Virus record (IMG/VR): IMGVR_UViG_3300045974_000110
Span: 1-63,150 of that record
DNA from: a virus
Taxonomy: Duplodnaviria > Caudoviricetes
Direction: 5' to 3' (one strand)
Length of the DNA: 63,150 nucleotides
Below are positions 9,490 to 18,261 of this stretch, piece after piece (the first letter of the stretch is position 1; each line of letters opens with the position of its first letter). The position numbers were made by a program, and so were the translations under genes. The notes beneath the pieces were generated by a model. That model had not been told where the DNA came from. It did no database searches and saw nothing but the letters and a program-made list of their open reading frames with translations.

Positions 9490-10499
9490 TGGGTTACTCC
9501 TCCCAGGCTGGCCAGGTCATCCTGCGTTCGCAGACAACCCTGGGCACCTACAACGCTGACACGGGCACGACTGGTGTCGGCGCGAAGCTCACCTCGGGCG
9601 GGCTGGACCCGAACCGAGACCTGCTCATCCCCGATCCCGAGATCGGCGGCGGTCGTGACGTCGTGGACGCCTACCTGGGAGCTGTCTCCTGGAGCGGCAC
9701 CTACGACTTCTATGCCCGAGTCGACATGCTCAACACGCTGCTCAAGGCGACGCTGGGCTCGACGACTCCGGTCGTGGCGACCGGCATCACGACGGCGACT
9801 CACACTCCCGTCGACACCGCAAGTCTCCCGTACCTCTCGATCGAAGAGAAGATCGGTGCAGGCCTGGAGACGTACAACTACAACGACTGCGTGGTCAACA
9901 CCCTCCACCTGGAGGCCGACGCCAACGGATACCTCAAGGGTTCTGTCGGCATCATCGGTGCCAAGCAGGTCGCTGGTGCGACTCCGACCGCCTCGCCGGT
10001 CTTCGACGAGACGCCCCTGTTCGTCGGCACCTCGATCACGGTGACGTACAACGCCGTGGCCGTCCCCGCCAAGTCGTTCAGCCTCGACATCAACAACAAC
10101 TTCGAGGACAACGACTACCGTCTCGGGTCGTTCTACATCGGCGACCTGACGCCCAAGCGTCGCGAGGTCACGGCGAAGTTCCACATCCGTGAGGCCTCCA
10201 GCGCCTACTGGCGTCAGGCTGTCTACGGCATCCCCGGTGCGACCGCGCCTGGTGGCATCACGACGAAGAACCAGCTTGTCATCACGATGACCACCTACGA
10301 GGACATCGTCGGTGGTACGCCTGCCACGAAGAACACGATCACCATCACGATCCCGAAGTTCATCTTCAAGCCCTACGCCTTCAGCCCGTCCGGTGACGAC
10401 GTCATCGAGTCGGACCTCGAGGGTCAGGCTGTGAGGCCGCTGTTCGCATCGGCCCTCATGACCATCGTCACGAAGTCGGCGCGAGCCACCATCGCGTAG
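9489..10499 (+). CDS. Major tail (tube) protein
   Basis: 336 aa, Thr-rich, LPYLSIE and FSLDINNN motifs, strong codon bias, followed by a hairpin. Confidence 0.85.
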   Translation: MGYSSQAGQVILRSQTTLGTYNADTGTTGVGAKLTSGGLDPNRDLLIPDPEIGGGRDVVDAYLGAVSWSGTYDFYARVDMLNTLLKATLGSTTPVVATGITTATHTPVDTASLPYLSIEEKIGAGLETYNYNDCVVNTLHLEADANGYLKGSVGIIGAKQVAGATPTASPVFDETPLFVGTSITVTYNAVAVPAKSFSLDINNNFEDNDYRLGSFYIGDLTPKRREVTAKFHIREASSAYWRQAVYGIPGATAPGGITTKNQLVITMTTYEDIVGGTPATKNTITITIPKFIFKPYAFSPSGDDVIESDLEGQAVRPLFASALMTIVTKSARATIA

Positions 10500-10507
10500 T
10501 ACCCCCA

Positions 10508-10546
10508 GGAACAGCCCCGACCCGCACGTCGAGTCGGGGCTGTTCC
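10508..10546 (+). terminator. Stem-loop after tail tube gene
   Basis: GGAACAGCCCCGAC...GTCGGGGCTGTTCC 14-bp inverted repeat. Confidence 0.75.
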
Positions 10547-10562
10547 ACGGACAAGGAGAGAC

Positions 10563-11417
10563 ATGGGAACCCGAGAGCTCAAGAAGACTCGCAAGCCGAT
10601 GCCGCGCAAGGCCAAGGTCGGTGCTATCGCAACTGGCAGCATCCTCCTCGGCTACCTCATCACGCCGCTGTTCGCAGCCGCCGAGACGTCCCTCCCCCTT
10701 CCGCCTGACGTCGATCCCACCCTGACGACTCTGGACGTCACGAGCGGGACCACCGTGCGGGTCGCTAACGCGGCGATGTCGCTCGTGACGACCAGCGATA
10801 AGTCTGTCGTGACGCCTGGTTCGACGGTGACGTACAAGTACGTTCTCACCGACACCGGCAACACGGCCTTCAAGAACGTCCAGATCGAGGACGACAAGTG
10901 CTCGCCCATCGGTGCCTGGACTGGCAACGACACCGACCCGCTTCTCAACATCGGCGAGGTCTGGACGGCCACCTGTAAGACGACCGTCCTCAAGGACCAG
11001 ACCAACAAGGCCAAGGTTACGGCGACTCCGGTTCTCTCCGATGTCGTCGTCACTCCGAGCGCCACCCCGACCCCGACCGGCAGCACCTCGCCTCCGGCTG
11101 CTGGACTCAAGGATGGTACGTTCTCGGGTCCGCTGGTACAGATCGTCGGCGGTGACTGCCCGAGCAACATCTGTGGTGCGATCAGTACGTCGATGATCGT
11201 CGCAGGTGGGAAGATCACTTCGATCACGGTGACTCCGACTCCGACTGCCTACGCGGAGTCCACGTCGCGGATCATCAGCAACGCTGCGATCCCGGAGCTC
11301 GTTTCCCAGGCACTCGCAGCACAGTCTGCCTCGATCGCAGGTTCGTCTGGCGCGACGTGGACGAGCACCTCCTTCAAGACCAGCATCGCAGCAGCCCTGG
11401 TTGCCGCAGCCGCGTGA
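10563..11417 (+). CDS. Exported protein: Ig-like (DUF11-type) domain plus C-terminal FMN-binding (flavinylation) domain
   Basis: Basic N-terminus plus hydrophobic segment; PGSTVTYKY.LTDTGN..L.IGEVWT.TC Ig-like unit; PT linker; LKDGTFSG..GKITSI..QALAAQSASI..SGATWTS. Confidence 0.75.
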   Translation: MGTRELKKTRKPMPRKAKVGAIATGSILLGYLITPLFAAAETSLPLPPDVDPTLTTLDVTSGTTVRVANAAMSLVTTSDKSVVTPGSTVTYKYVLTDTGNTAFKNVQIEDDKCSPIGAWTGNDTDPLLNIGEVWTATCKTTVLKDQTNKAKVTATPVLSDVVVTPSATPTPTGSTSPPAAGLKDGTFSGPLVQIVGGDCPSNICGAISTSMIVAGGKITSITVTPTPTAYAESTSRIISNAAIPELVSQALAAQSASIAGSSGATWTSTSFKTSIAAALVAAAA

Positions 11418-11421
11418 CCCC

Positions 11422-11450
11422 TTGACGTTGCCCCGTCCCTCCGGTAGGGT
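11422..11450 (+). promoter_or_regulatory. Putative SigA-type promoter overlapping the hairpin
   Basis: TTGACG-N17-TAGGGT. Confidence 0.45.
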
Positions 11451-11462
11451 CGGGGCAACGTC
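11424..11462 (+). terminator. Stem-loop after FMN-binding gene
   Basis: GACGTTGCCCCG...CGGGGCAACGTC 12-bp inverted repeat. Confidence 0.7.
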
Positions 11463-11507
11463 GTCTCCGGAACGACTATCGTCCAGTCCTAGAAAGGGAC
11501 TCAAGAC

Positions 11508-12023
11508 ATGACCGAAACGCCCGGCGTTCTCGCTGACGCCCAGACCGAGCCCGTGTTCGAGGACTACTTCGGCTTCGACGAGATCAAGCAGTGGTTCTTC
11601 CCCGACGGCAAGCAGTTCGTCCAGTTCCAGGTGATGAACGAGGGCCAGAAGAGCCGCTTCCAGAAGCTGACCAACCGCGACATCACCCTGTCGCGCACCT
11701 CGGGTGACGCCAAGATCAAGGCTGATCCCGCCGAGGAGCGCCACGCGCTTCTCACCTCGTCCGTAGTCGGCTGGAGCCTCTACCGCAACGGCCAGCCGGT
11801 TCCGTTCTCCATCGGCAGCAACGGTGCCGCCTTCGAGCAGTGGCTCAACGCGGCGAACCCGAAGCTCGTCGAAGACCTCGAGTTCGAGATCCGCAAGTCG
11901 AACCCGTGGCTCCAGGCCGAGATGACCGTCGAGGAGATCGACAAGGAGATGGACCGTCTCCGCGAGCTCCGCGACGAGATCGTCAAGCGTGATGCTGCAA
12001 AAGCAAGTTCCTCCGTCAGGTAG
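11508..12023 (+). CDS. Tail assembly chaperone (G-like)
   Basis: Position between tail tube and tape measure genes; acidic; GWSL motif. Confidence 0.75.
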   Translation: MTETPGVLADAQTEPVFEDYFGFDEIKQWFFPDGKQFVQFQVMNEGQKSRFQKLTNRDITLSRTSGDAKIKADPAEERHALLTSSVVGWSLYRNGQPVPFSIGSNGAAFEQWLNAANPKLVEDLEFEIRKSNPWLQAEMTVEEIDKEMDRLRELRDEIVKRDAAKASSSVR

Positions 12024-12259
12024 AGCTCTTCACCGACGGGAACGAAGTCGATAACCCGGCAACGGCGATCCGACTATTCGTTCTCTGTGAGTCGATGAAG
12101 TGGGCACACCTGCCCAATGCCGGAGGACTGTACGACCAGCATCCTGACCTTCTCGAGCAGTTCTACTGGATCTTCCAACGACGTGCCGAGAAGGAAGAGA
12201 TCAAGCGCAAGGAAGAAGAGCGCAAGAACCGTCGCGGTGCGTCGCGGCACCACCGCTAG
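12002..12259 (+). CDS. -1 frame extension of tail assembly chaperone (GT-like product 11508-12259)
   Basis: Open -1 frame starts at GCA AAA G: SKFLRQVELF..WAHLPNAGGLYDQHP..RHHR*; absent from the ORF track. Confidence 0.7.
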   Translation, partial: SKFLRQVELFTDGNEVDNPATAIRLFVLCESMKWAHLPNAGGLYDQHPDLLEQFYWIFQRRAEKEEIKRKEEERKNRRGASRHHR

Positions 12260-12261
12260 AG

Positions 12262-12298
12262 CAACGGGCTCCATGCTGGACAAGCATGGAGCCCGTTG
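12262..12298 (+). terminator. Stem-loop before tape measure gene
   Basis: CAACGGGCTCCATGCT...AGCATGGAGCCCGTTG 16-bp inverted repeat. Confidence 0.65.
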
Positions 12299-12360
12299 TG
12301 TACTCTGGCGCAGGTGTCGGGCACTGGAGGCCCATTCTGGACTTCCAAGTCTGACAGGCG

Positions 12361-15300
12361 GTGACCGGACACTTGAACGCATACATGAACATCCAAGTCC
12401 GGCTTCTGTCGGCTAGCGCACAGGCTCAGATCAAAGCGCTCGAGAAGGAAATCGCTCGTCTGCGAGCAGAGATAGGTGCTACTGGTGCAGCCAGTAGGAG
12501 CCTGTCAAACAACGCCTTCTCCACTGGAAGTATCGTCAAGTGGGGCTCCCAGCTTCAGTGGGCTGGCCGTCAGCTCAGCTACAACTTCACGCTACCAATC
12601 GTGGCTGCCGGAGCCGCTTCGACCAAGTTCGCTCTAGATAACGAGAAGGCGATTACTCGCCTCACGAAGGTCTATGGCGACATCGGATTCGCACACACGA
12701 CTTCTGAGGTTCAGGCTCTACGCGGCGCGTTCCGAGTGCTGTCTGAAGAGTTCGCAATCAACCAGGCAGACGTCATCAACATCGGCGCGTCCTGGGCGGC
12801 TGCTGGTGTCTCTGGTCTTGCGCTTGCGAAGGCAACAAAGCTCACCCTGACAACGATGGTCCTCGGTGAGATCGACGCAGCCAAGGCAACAGAGTCTCTG
12901 ATTGCCATCCAGGCACAGTACCGACTCAGTACTGACCAGCTCTACTACGCCATCGCACAGCTCAACATCATCGAGAACCAGACTGGTACTTCACTCGCTG
13001 GTCTCATCGACGCGATGTCTCGTTCTGCTGGTACTGCACGCGCTGCTGGTATCGACATCCGACACCTCGGTGCCATGATTGCAGCGATGACGCCTGCAGC
13101 CGGTAGTGCGGCTCAGGCTGGTAACGCACTCAAGACGATCATCAGCCGACTCCTTGCCCCGACCAAGGATGCCTCGGCACTCCTCGGTGCGATGGGTATC
13201 CACGTCAACAGCCTTACTTGGCAGTCGTCGAACGCTTCGGATCGCCTGGTAACACTTGCTACAACCTTCAACAAGTTGTCTGACTCGCAGAAGGCTGTCG
13301 TATCTTCGACTCTCGCCTCGCGCTTCCAGATCAACAAGTTTGAAGTTCTCATGGACGCCATCATCACCAAGGGCTCCTTCTACCACCGTGCCCTCGACGC
13401 CACGACCAATAGCACTGAGGTTCTCAAGGTTGCGAGCCAGGAGCTCACAACCGTCCTAACCAGCCAACCTGCTGTGTTCGATCGAGCGATGACCGTTCTG
13501 AAGAACGCAATGGCCCAGGTCATTGTTCCTCTCCTGCCTCTCATCCTGGGTATCGCCAACACGATCGCCGAGGCGGCAAAGGCATTTGCGAACATGGACC
13601 CGCGGGTCCAGAAGCTGATCCTTACTGGACTCGTTCTCCTCGCTGTGCTTGGTCCGATCCTCCAGCTCACGGGTGCCCTGGGCATCTTCATGGGTGAGCT
13701 TGGGCACATGTTTGTCCGCGTCGGAAACATGGTCTGGTTCCTCATCGAGCCTCTGTGGAAGCTTGCTTCGTTCGCCTGGTCTGCTATTGCCTGGGGATTC
13801 GAGTTTGTTCTCACAGCAGCCGAGGTAATGGTAACTGGAACGCTTGTCGCTCTCGGATGGTTCACCAAGGGTCTCACGATTGCGATGAAGGCAGGCGCTG
13901 TCATCGTTCGTGATGGCATGATCCTGATCGGACTCATCTTTGAGGGACTCGGTCCGCTACTCATGGCGACGGGCGCTTGGCTGGCAACGGTCTGGACCGT
14001 AGCACTCGAGGAACTCGTAGTCGTCACAAAGGTTGCCTGGGGGGCAATCAAGGCTATCTGGATGACCGGAGCGTTCGGTACTGCCGTAGCCGGCCTCTGG
14101 ACTCGGATGTTCTCAACACTCCAGTCCATCACCTGGGTGTTCCTGTCTGCCGTAAAGGCGACATGGACCTTGTTCTACGGTGGAGTGGCAACTCTCAGCG
14201 AACTGTTCTTCTACACACTGAAGGACATCTGGATTGCCGGTGGAGCGGCGCTCAAGGCCATCACAACCTTCATGCTGGGTGTTGTAAACGCAATCTGGAC
14301 TGCCCTCATGGGTACGACACTCGCCATCGCTGGCGTCGCATGGACGGCCATGAAGGCACTCTGGATGCGTGCGTACACCACGCTGCAGGCGTTGACGTGG
14401 ATCTTTACCTCCGCCGTGAAGGCCACATGGACAATCTTCAGCGCCGGGCTCGCTACGATCAGCCAGCTGCTGTTCTACACCTTGAAGGACATCTGGGCAT
14501 TCGGGGGAAGGGCACTCCAGGTCGTAACAGCACTTACCCTGGGCGTCATCAACACGATCTGGCTCGCGTTCTCGGTTGGCATGTCGCTCCTTGTCCAGAA
14601 GATCTGGCTCGTGATTCGGGCGATCTGGTTCGCAGGTTCCGTCGCACTTGAGGCTATCTCCACAGCGATGTGGACTACCATGAAGGCGATCTGGCTCGTC
14701 GGCTCTACCGTTCTCCCTGTGATCCTTTCCCGAGCTGTTATCGCTATGGGGATGGTCTGGAAGGCGGGAATGGCTGCGCTGACCACACTCACCACGGCTA
14801 TGATTCCCAACATCCTCAAGGCGCTCGCGTGGCTGGGTCGTGGAGCACTCGCCGTAGTGACTGGACCTTGGGGCATAGCAATCGGTGCCGCGATTCTGAT
14901 CTTCTTCTTGTTCAAGGATCAGATCGTACAGATCATCAAGAACATCATCAACTACTTCCAGAATCTTCCGGTTGGAGTTGTTCAGGCCTTCCAGCCTCTC
15001 GTTGGGTTCTTCAACAACGCAGTAGGGTGGGTCATCAAGGCCTTTAACATGCTTCCCCAGGGTGTTCAGAATGCCATGATGGCAGTCCTGAACATCGTCA
15101 AGACTGTAGCCATGAAGGTCTACGAATGGTTCTCGTACCTCAACCCATTCGCACACCACTCGCCTTCGCTTGTTGAGAACGTCACCAAGGGTCTTGGTGT
15201 CGTCCGCGATCAGTTTGCGAAGCTCGAGTCGATCAAGGGGGTGATCCAGTCTGTCTACTCTGACATCAAGAAGTTCGGTCAGCTGATCGCAAACTTCAAG

Positions 15301-18258
15301 GGCGGCATGGCGACCGTCAAGATGGCAGAGGATCTCAAGCTCGTTAAGAAGTACGCACCCGAGGCCGCTGGTGCGTACAGAATGCTGGCAGCTGATATCA
15401 AGAAGCTCCAGCCGATTCTCGATGGGCTGTCTGCTGCAATCGAGAAGCAGCAGGCGGTAGTAGATGGCTGGAAGGCAAAGCTCGACACTGCTGATGCTGC
15501 CCTGCAGACTCAGAAGAATAAGCTTCAGGCACTTCAGGATGTTGCCAGCGGCTACAAGGACAAGATGGACGCTGCCCAGGCAGCACTGGATGGGTTCGCC
15601 AATACTCCCATCCAGGGCATGAAGGCGATGGACGACGCGATCTTCGCCAACGAGATGGCCAGCAAGAAGCTGCGCCTCGAGATGATGAGGATGGAAGATC
15701 TCGGAGGTACACTCGACGACCTCAAGAACAAGATGAGTTCGCTCAACGGTGAGATCGAGCTGCTTCAGGGGACTCAGAAGGATCTCCAGAATGCTGGTGC
15801 CGGTAGCGATATCACCTCGTTCTATGACCAGCAGATCGCAGCCCTTCAGGGTCAGAAGAACGCTACCACTGACAACATGAAGGCGCTCAACGACATGCAG
15901 AAGGCGCTCGATGCGCTGGATCGTCAGGCCCAGGAGATGGACCTGGAGAAGTCGCTGGCCTTCGATCCGCTGACTCGTCAGATCCAGGACGCCGCGAACG
16001 CAATGAAGGAACTGCCCTTCAGCGAGATCATGGCTGGTATCACCGCAAGCAAGGCCGAGATCGACAAGTACACTCAGGCTTACAACGATGCGAACAAGGC
16101 TGTCGCAGACCAGCAGGTCGTGGTGGACGCTGCACAGAAGGCGCGCGATGCCATCAGTGCTTCATACGACACCGAAGCCGCAAAGCTCGCCAAGCTGAAG
16201 GATTCCTACGACTCGGTTGCTCAGGCTATGCGCGACGCACAGTCCGCGCTTGATGACCTGATGAACGCAGTCAACTCCAAGAACAGCGCCGTACAGGCAG
16301 CGGCTTCTGGAGCAACGTCTGGGTCCGTTGCCAACTTCAATGCAGCCAAGGGCGGAAACTTCCCCGACGTCGGTGGAACATCTAAGCTCGGTCGCGAGGG
16401 TGGACTTCAGGACCAGGGCAAGGCACTTGACGAGTGGGTTAAGAAGCAGCAAGAGGACATCGGCAAGATGTTCGGCGGCATGGACATGTTCGGCCCGATC
16501 CGAGAGTACTGGGACAAGTTCACCGCTTGGTGGAATACGACCGTTACTCCGATGCTGGGTGCCGCTGGAGACTTCTTCGGCCACATCTTTGATAACGTCA
16601 ACGGTGGTGACATCGTCAGTAAGGTCACCGGATTCCTCGAGCCAGTTAAGAAGATCTGGGATGGATTCTGGGGCCTGTTCGGCGGCGACGTCATGGATGT
16701 TGTTGGCCAGGTCATCGGATTCTTCCAGAACATGTGGAGTCAGATCCAGCCCGAGCTTGAGCCCCTCATGGAAGCGATTAAGACTTTCGCCGAGAAGATC
16801 CTCAAGCCCTGGGCTGCGATTATCGGCGTCGAGCTTGTAGCTGCCTGGAAGATCCTTACAGCGGTATTCAAGAACGTCCTTAGGCCTGTCCTTGACTGGA
16901 TCGTCACCACCGTTAAGAGTGTCCTGCGAGTGTTCGAGGGACTACTCAACTTCATCACGGGTGTATTCACGGGCGACTGGTCGCGTGCCTGGGATGGCAT
17001 CAAGACCGTGTTCCTCGCCCTGTGGGACTTCATCCTCGCAACCCTCAAGGGTATCGGTGGAGTGATCTGGGGCGTCGTCTCGGGCCTCGTAGTTGGAGTC
17101 GTGGAGCTCTTCAAGTGGCTCTGGTCGCACGCGGGTAGCGTCATCACCAGTTTCATCGCAGACATCATCAACTGGTTCCTCAACATTCCGAACAAGGTCA
17201 ACGAACTGATCTGGAAGTTCATCCAGGGAGTCATTGGATTCTTCCAGCACCTGTTCGATGTTCTCGTTGGGCACTCGATCATTCCAGATATGATAAACGC
17301 GATTGTCGAGTGGTTCAAGGGACTTCCTCAGCGAGCACTCGATGCGATCACCGCGCTGCTTGGATTCATCGTCACCTTCGTGACCAACGTCTGGAACGGT
17401 TGGGTCGAGACGAACGTCCGCATGTGGACTGCGATCATCCAGTGGTTCAAGGGTCTCCCACAGAAGATCATCGACGGACTCTCCACCCTCTTGACGAACA
17501 TCAAGAACTTCGCCAGTACGGTCTGGGATAACTTCAAGAGCGCTTCAACTACGGCGTTTGTTGCAGTCGTGACCTGGGTTCAGGGTATCCCACAGAAGAT
17601 CGTGAACGGTGTCGGTAACCTTATCAACCTCATCAAGGGGCCTGGTGCCGACTTCGTGAGTGGTCTTCTCACTGGCGCAAAGAACTGGTGGCACAACGTC
17701 ACCGATTGGGTCAGCGACATCCCGAACAAGATCACGACTGCGCTGGGCACCATGAAGGATCTTCTCAAGAACGCGGGTATCTCGATCATTACCGGATTCT
17801 GGGATGGCCTCAAGGAGAAGTGGAAGGAGGCATCCAAGTGGATTGAGGGTCTCGGTCAGTGGATCTCTGATCACAAGGGTCCAAAGGAATACGACCTGAA
17901 GCTTCTTGTTCCGAACGGTAACTGGATCATGGACGGTCTATCGACCGGCCTTGGGCAGGGTATGGCGGGTGTAAAGTCCACCGTCGCGGACGTAAACCGT
18001 TCTCTGCAGACAATCGGGGCCATCGACCCGCGGACGCTACAGACCCCCTCCATCGCCGCGCTGAACGGCATGGCGAACGCAGCGGCGAACCGCGAGCGTG
18101 CCGCCCTTGCCTCCCAGCCCGGACCTGTGTACGCTGGTCAGACGACCGGGGATCGTACTATCGTCATCAACGGCGACTTGAGCTTCCCGAACATCAACAG
18201 CTCGTCGGATGCCAAGACGTTCATCGCTAACCTTGAAGCCCTCGCGGGAGGGAGCTAA
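12361..18258 (+). CDS. Tape measure protein (TP901-family core); exact start uncertain (12361/12373/12385)
   Basis: 1965 aa; AGNALKTIISRL motif, coiled coils, periodic Trp repeats. Confidence 0.95.
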   Translation: MTGHLNAYMNIQVRLLSASAQAQIKALEKEIARLRAEIGATGAASRSLSNNAFSTGSIVKWGSQLQWAGRQLSYNFTLPIVAAGAASTKFALDNEKAITRLTKVYGDIGFAHTTSEVQALRGAFRVLSEEFAINQADVINIGASWAAAGVSGLALAKATKLTLTTMVLGEIDAAKATESLIAIQAQYRLSTDQLYYAIAQLNIIENQTGTSLAGLIDAMSRSAGTARAAGIDIRHLGAMIAAMTPAAGSAAQAGNALKTIISRLLAPTKDASALLGAMGIHVNSLTWQSSNASDRLVTLATTFNKLSDSQKAVVSSTLASRFQINKFEVLMDAIITKGSFYHRALDATTNSTEVLKVASQELTTVLTSQPAVFDRAMTVLKNAMAQVIVPLLPLILGIANTIAEAAKAFANMDPRVQKLILTGLVLLAVLGPILQLTGALGIFMGELGHMFVRVGNMVWFLIEPLWKLASFAWSAIAWGFEFVLTAAEVMVTGTLVALGWFTKGLTIAMKAGAVIVRDGMILIGLIFEGLGPLLMATGAWLATVWTVALEELVVVTKVAWGAIKAIWMTGAFGTAVAGLWTRMFSTLQSITWVFLSAVKATWTLFYGGVATLSELFFYTLKDIWIAGGAALKAITTFMLGVVNAIWTALMGTTLAIAGVAWTAMKALWMRAYTTLQALTWIFTSAVKATWTIFSAGLATISQLLFYTLKDIWAFGGRALQVVTALTLGVINTIWLAFSVGMSLLVQKIWLVIRAIWFAGSVALEAISTAMWTTMKAIWLVGSTVLPVILSRAVIAMGMVWKAGMAALTTLTTAMIPNILKALAWLGRGALAVVTGPWGIAIGAAILIFFLFKDQIVQIIKNIINYFQNLPVGVVQAFQPLVGFFNNAVGWVIKAFNMLPQGVQNAMMAVLNIVKTVAMKVYEWFSYLNPFAHHSPSLVENVTKGLGVVRDQFAKLESIKGVIQSVYSDIKKFGQLIANFKGGMATVKMAEDLKLVKKYAPEAAGAYRMLAADIKKLQPILDGLSAAIEKQQAVVDGWKAKLDTADAALQTQKNKLQALQDVASGYKDKMDAAQAALDGFANTPIQGMKAMDDAIFANEMASKKLRLEMMRMEDLGGTLDDLKNKMSSLNGEIELLQGTQKDLQNAGAGSDITSFYDQQIAALQGQKNATTDNMKALNDMQKALDALDRQAQEMDLEKSLAFDPLTRQIQDAANAMKELPFSEIMAGITASKAEIDKYTQAYNDANKAVADQQVVVDAAQKARDAISASYDTEAAKLAKLKDSYDSVAQAMRDAQSALDDLMNAVNSKNSAVQAAASGATSGSVANFNAAKGGNFPDVGGTSKLGREGGLQDQGKALDEWVKKQQEDIGKMFGGMDMFGPIREYWDKFTAWWNTTVTPMLGAAGDFFGHIFDNVNGGDIVSKVTGFLEPVKKIWDGFWGLFGGDVMDVVGQVIGFFQNMWSQIQPELEPLMEAIKTFAEKILKPWAAIIGVELVAAWKILTAVFKNVLRPVLDWIVTTVKSVLRVFEGLLNFITGVFTGDWSRAWDGIKTVFLALWDFILATLKGIGGVIWGVVSGLVVGVVELFKWLWSHAGSVITSFIADIINWFLNIPNKVNELIWKFIQGVIGFFQHLFDVLVGHSIIPDMINAIVEWFKGLPQRALDAITALLGFIVTFVTNVWNGWVETNVRMWTAIIQWFKGLPQKIIDGLSTLLTNIKNFASTVWDNFKSASTTAFVAVVTWVQGIPQKIVNGVGNLINLIKGPGADFVSGLLTGAKNWWHNVTDWVSDIPNKITTALGTMKDLLKNAGISIITGFWDGLKEKWKEASKWIEGLGQWISDHKGPKEYDLKLLVPNGNWIMDGLSTGLGQGMAGVKSTVADVNRSLQTIGAIDPRTLQTPSIAALNGMANAAANRERAALASQPGPVYAGQTTGDRTIVINGDLSFPNINSSSDAKTFIANLEALAGGS

Positions 18259-18261
18259 GAT

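Noticed and set aside
9195-11744. 849-aa minus-strand ORF and other long antisense ORFs (e.g. 206-1531, 29648-30802, 52021-53412, 54438-56024)
   Set aside because: Shadow frames of high-GC3 genes on the opposite strand; no motifs or RBS.
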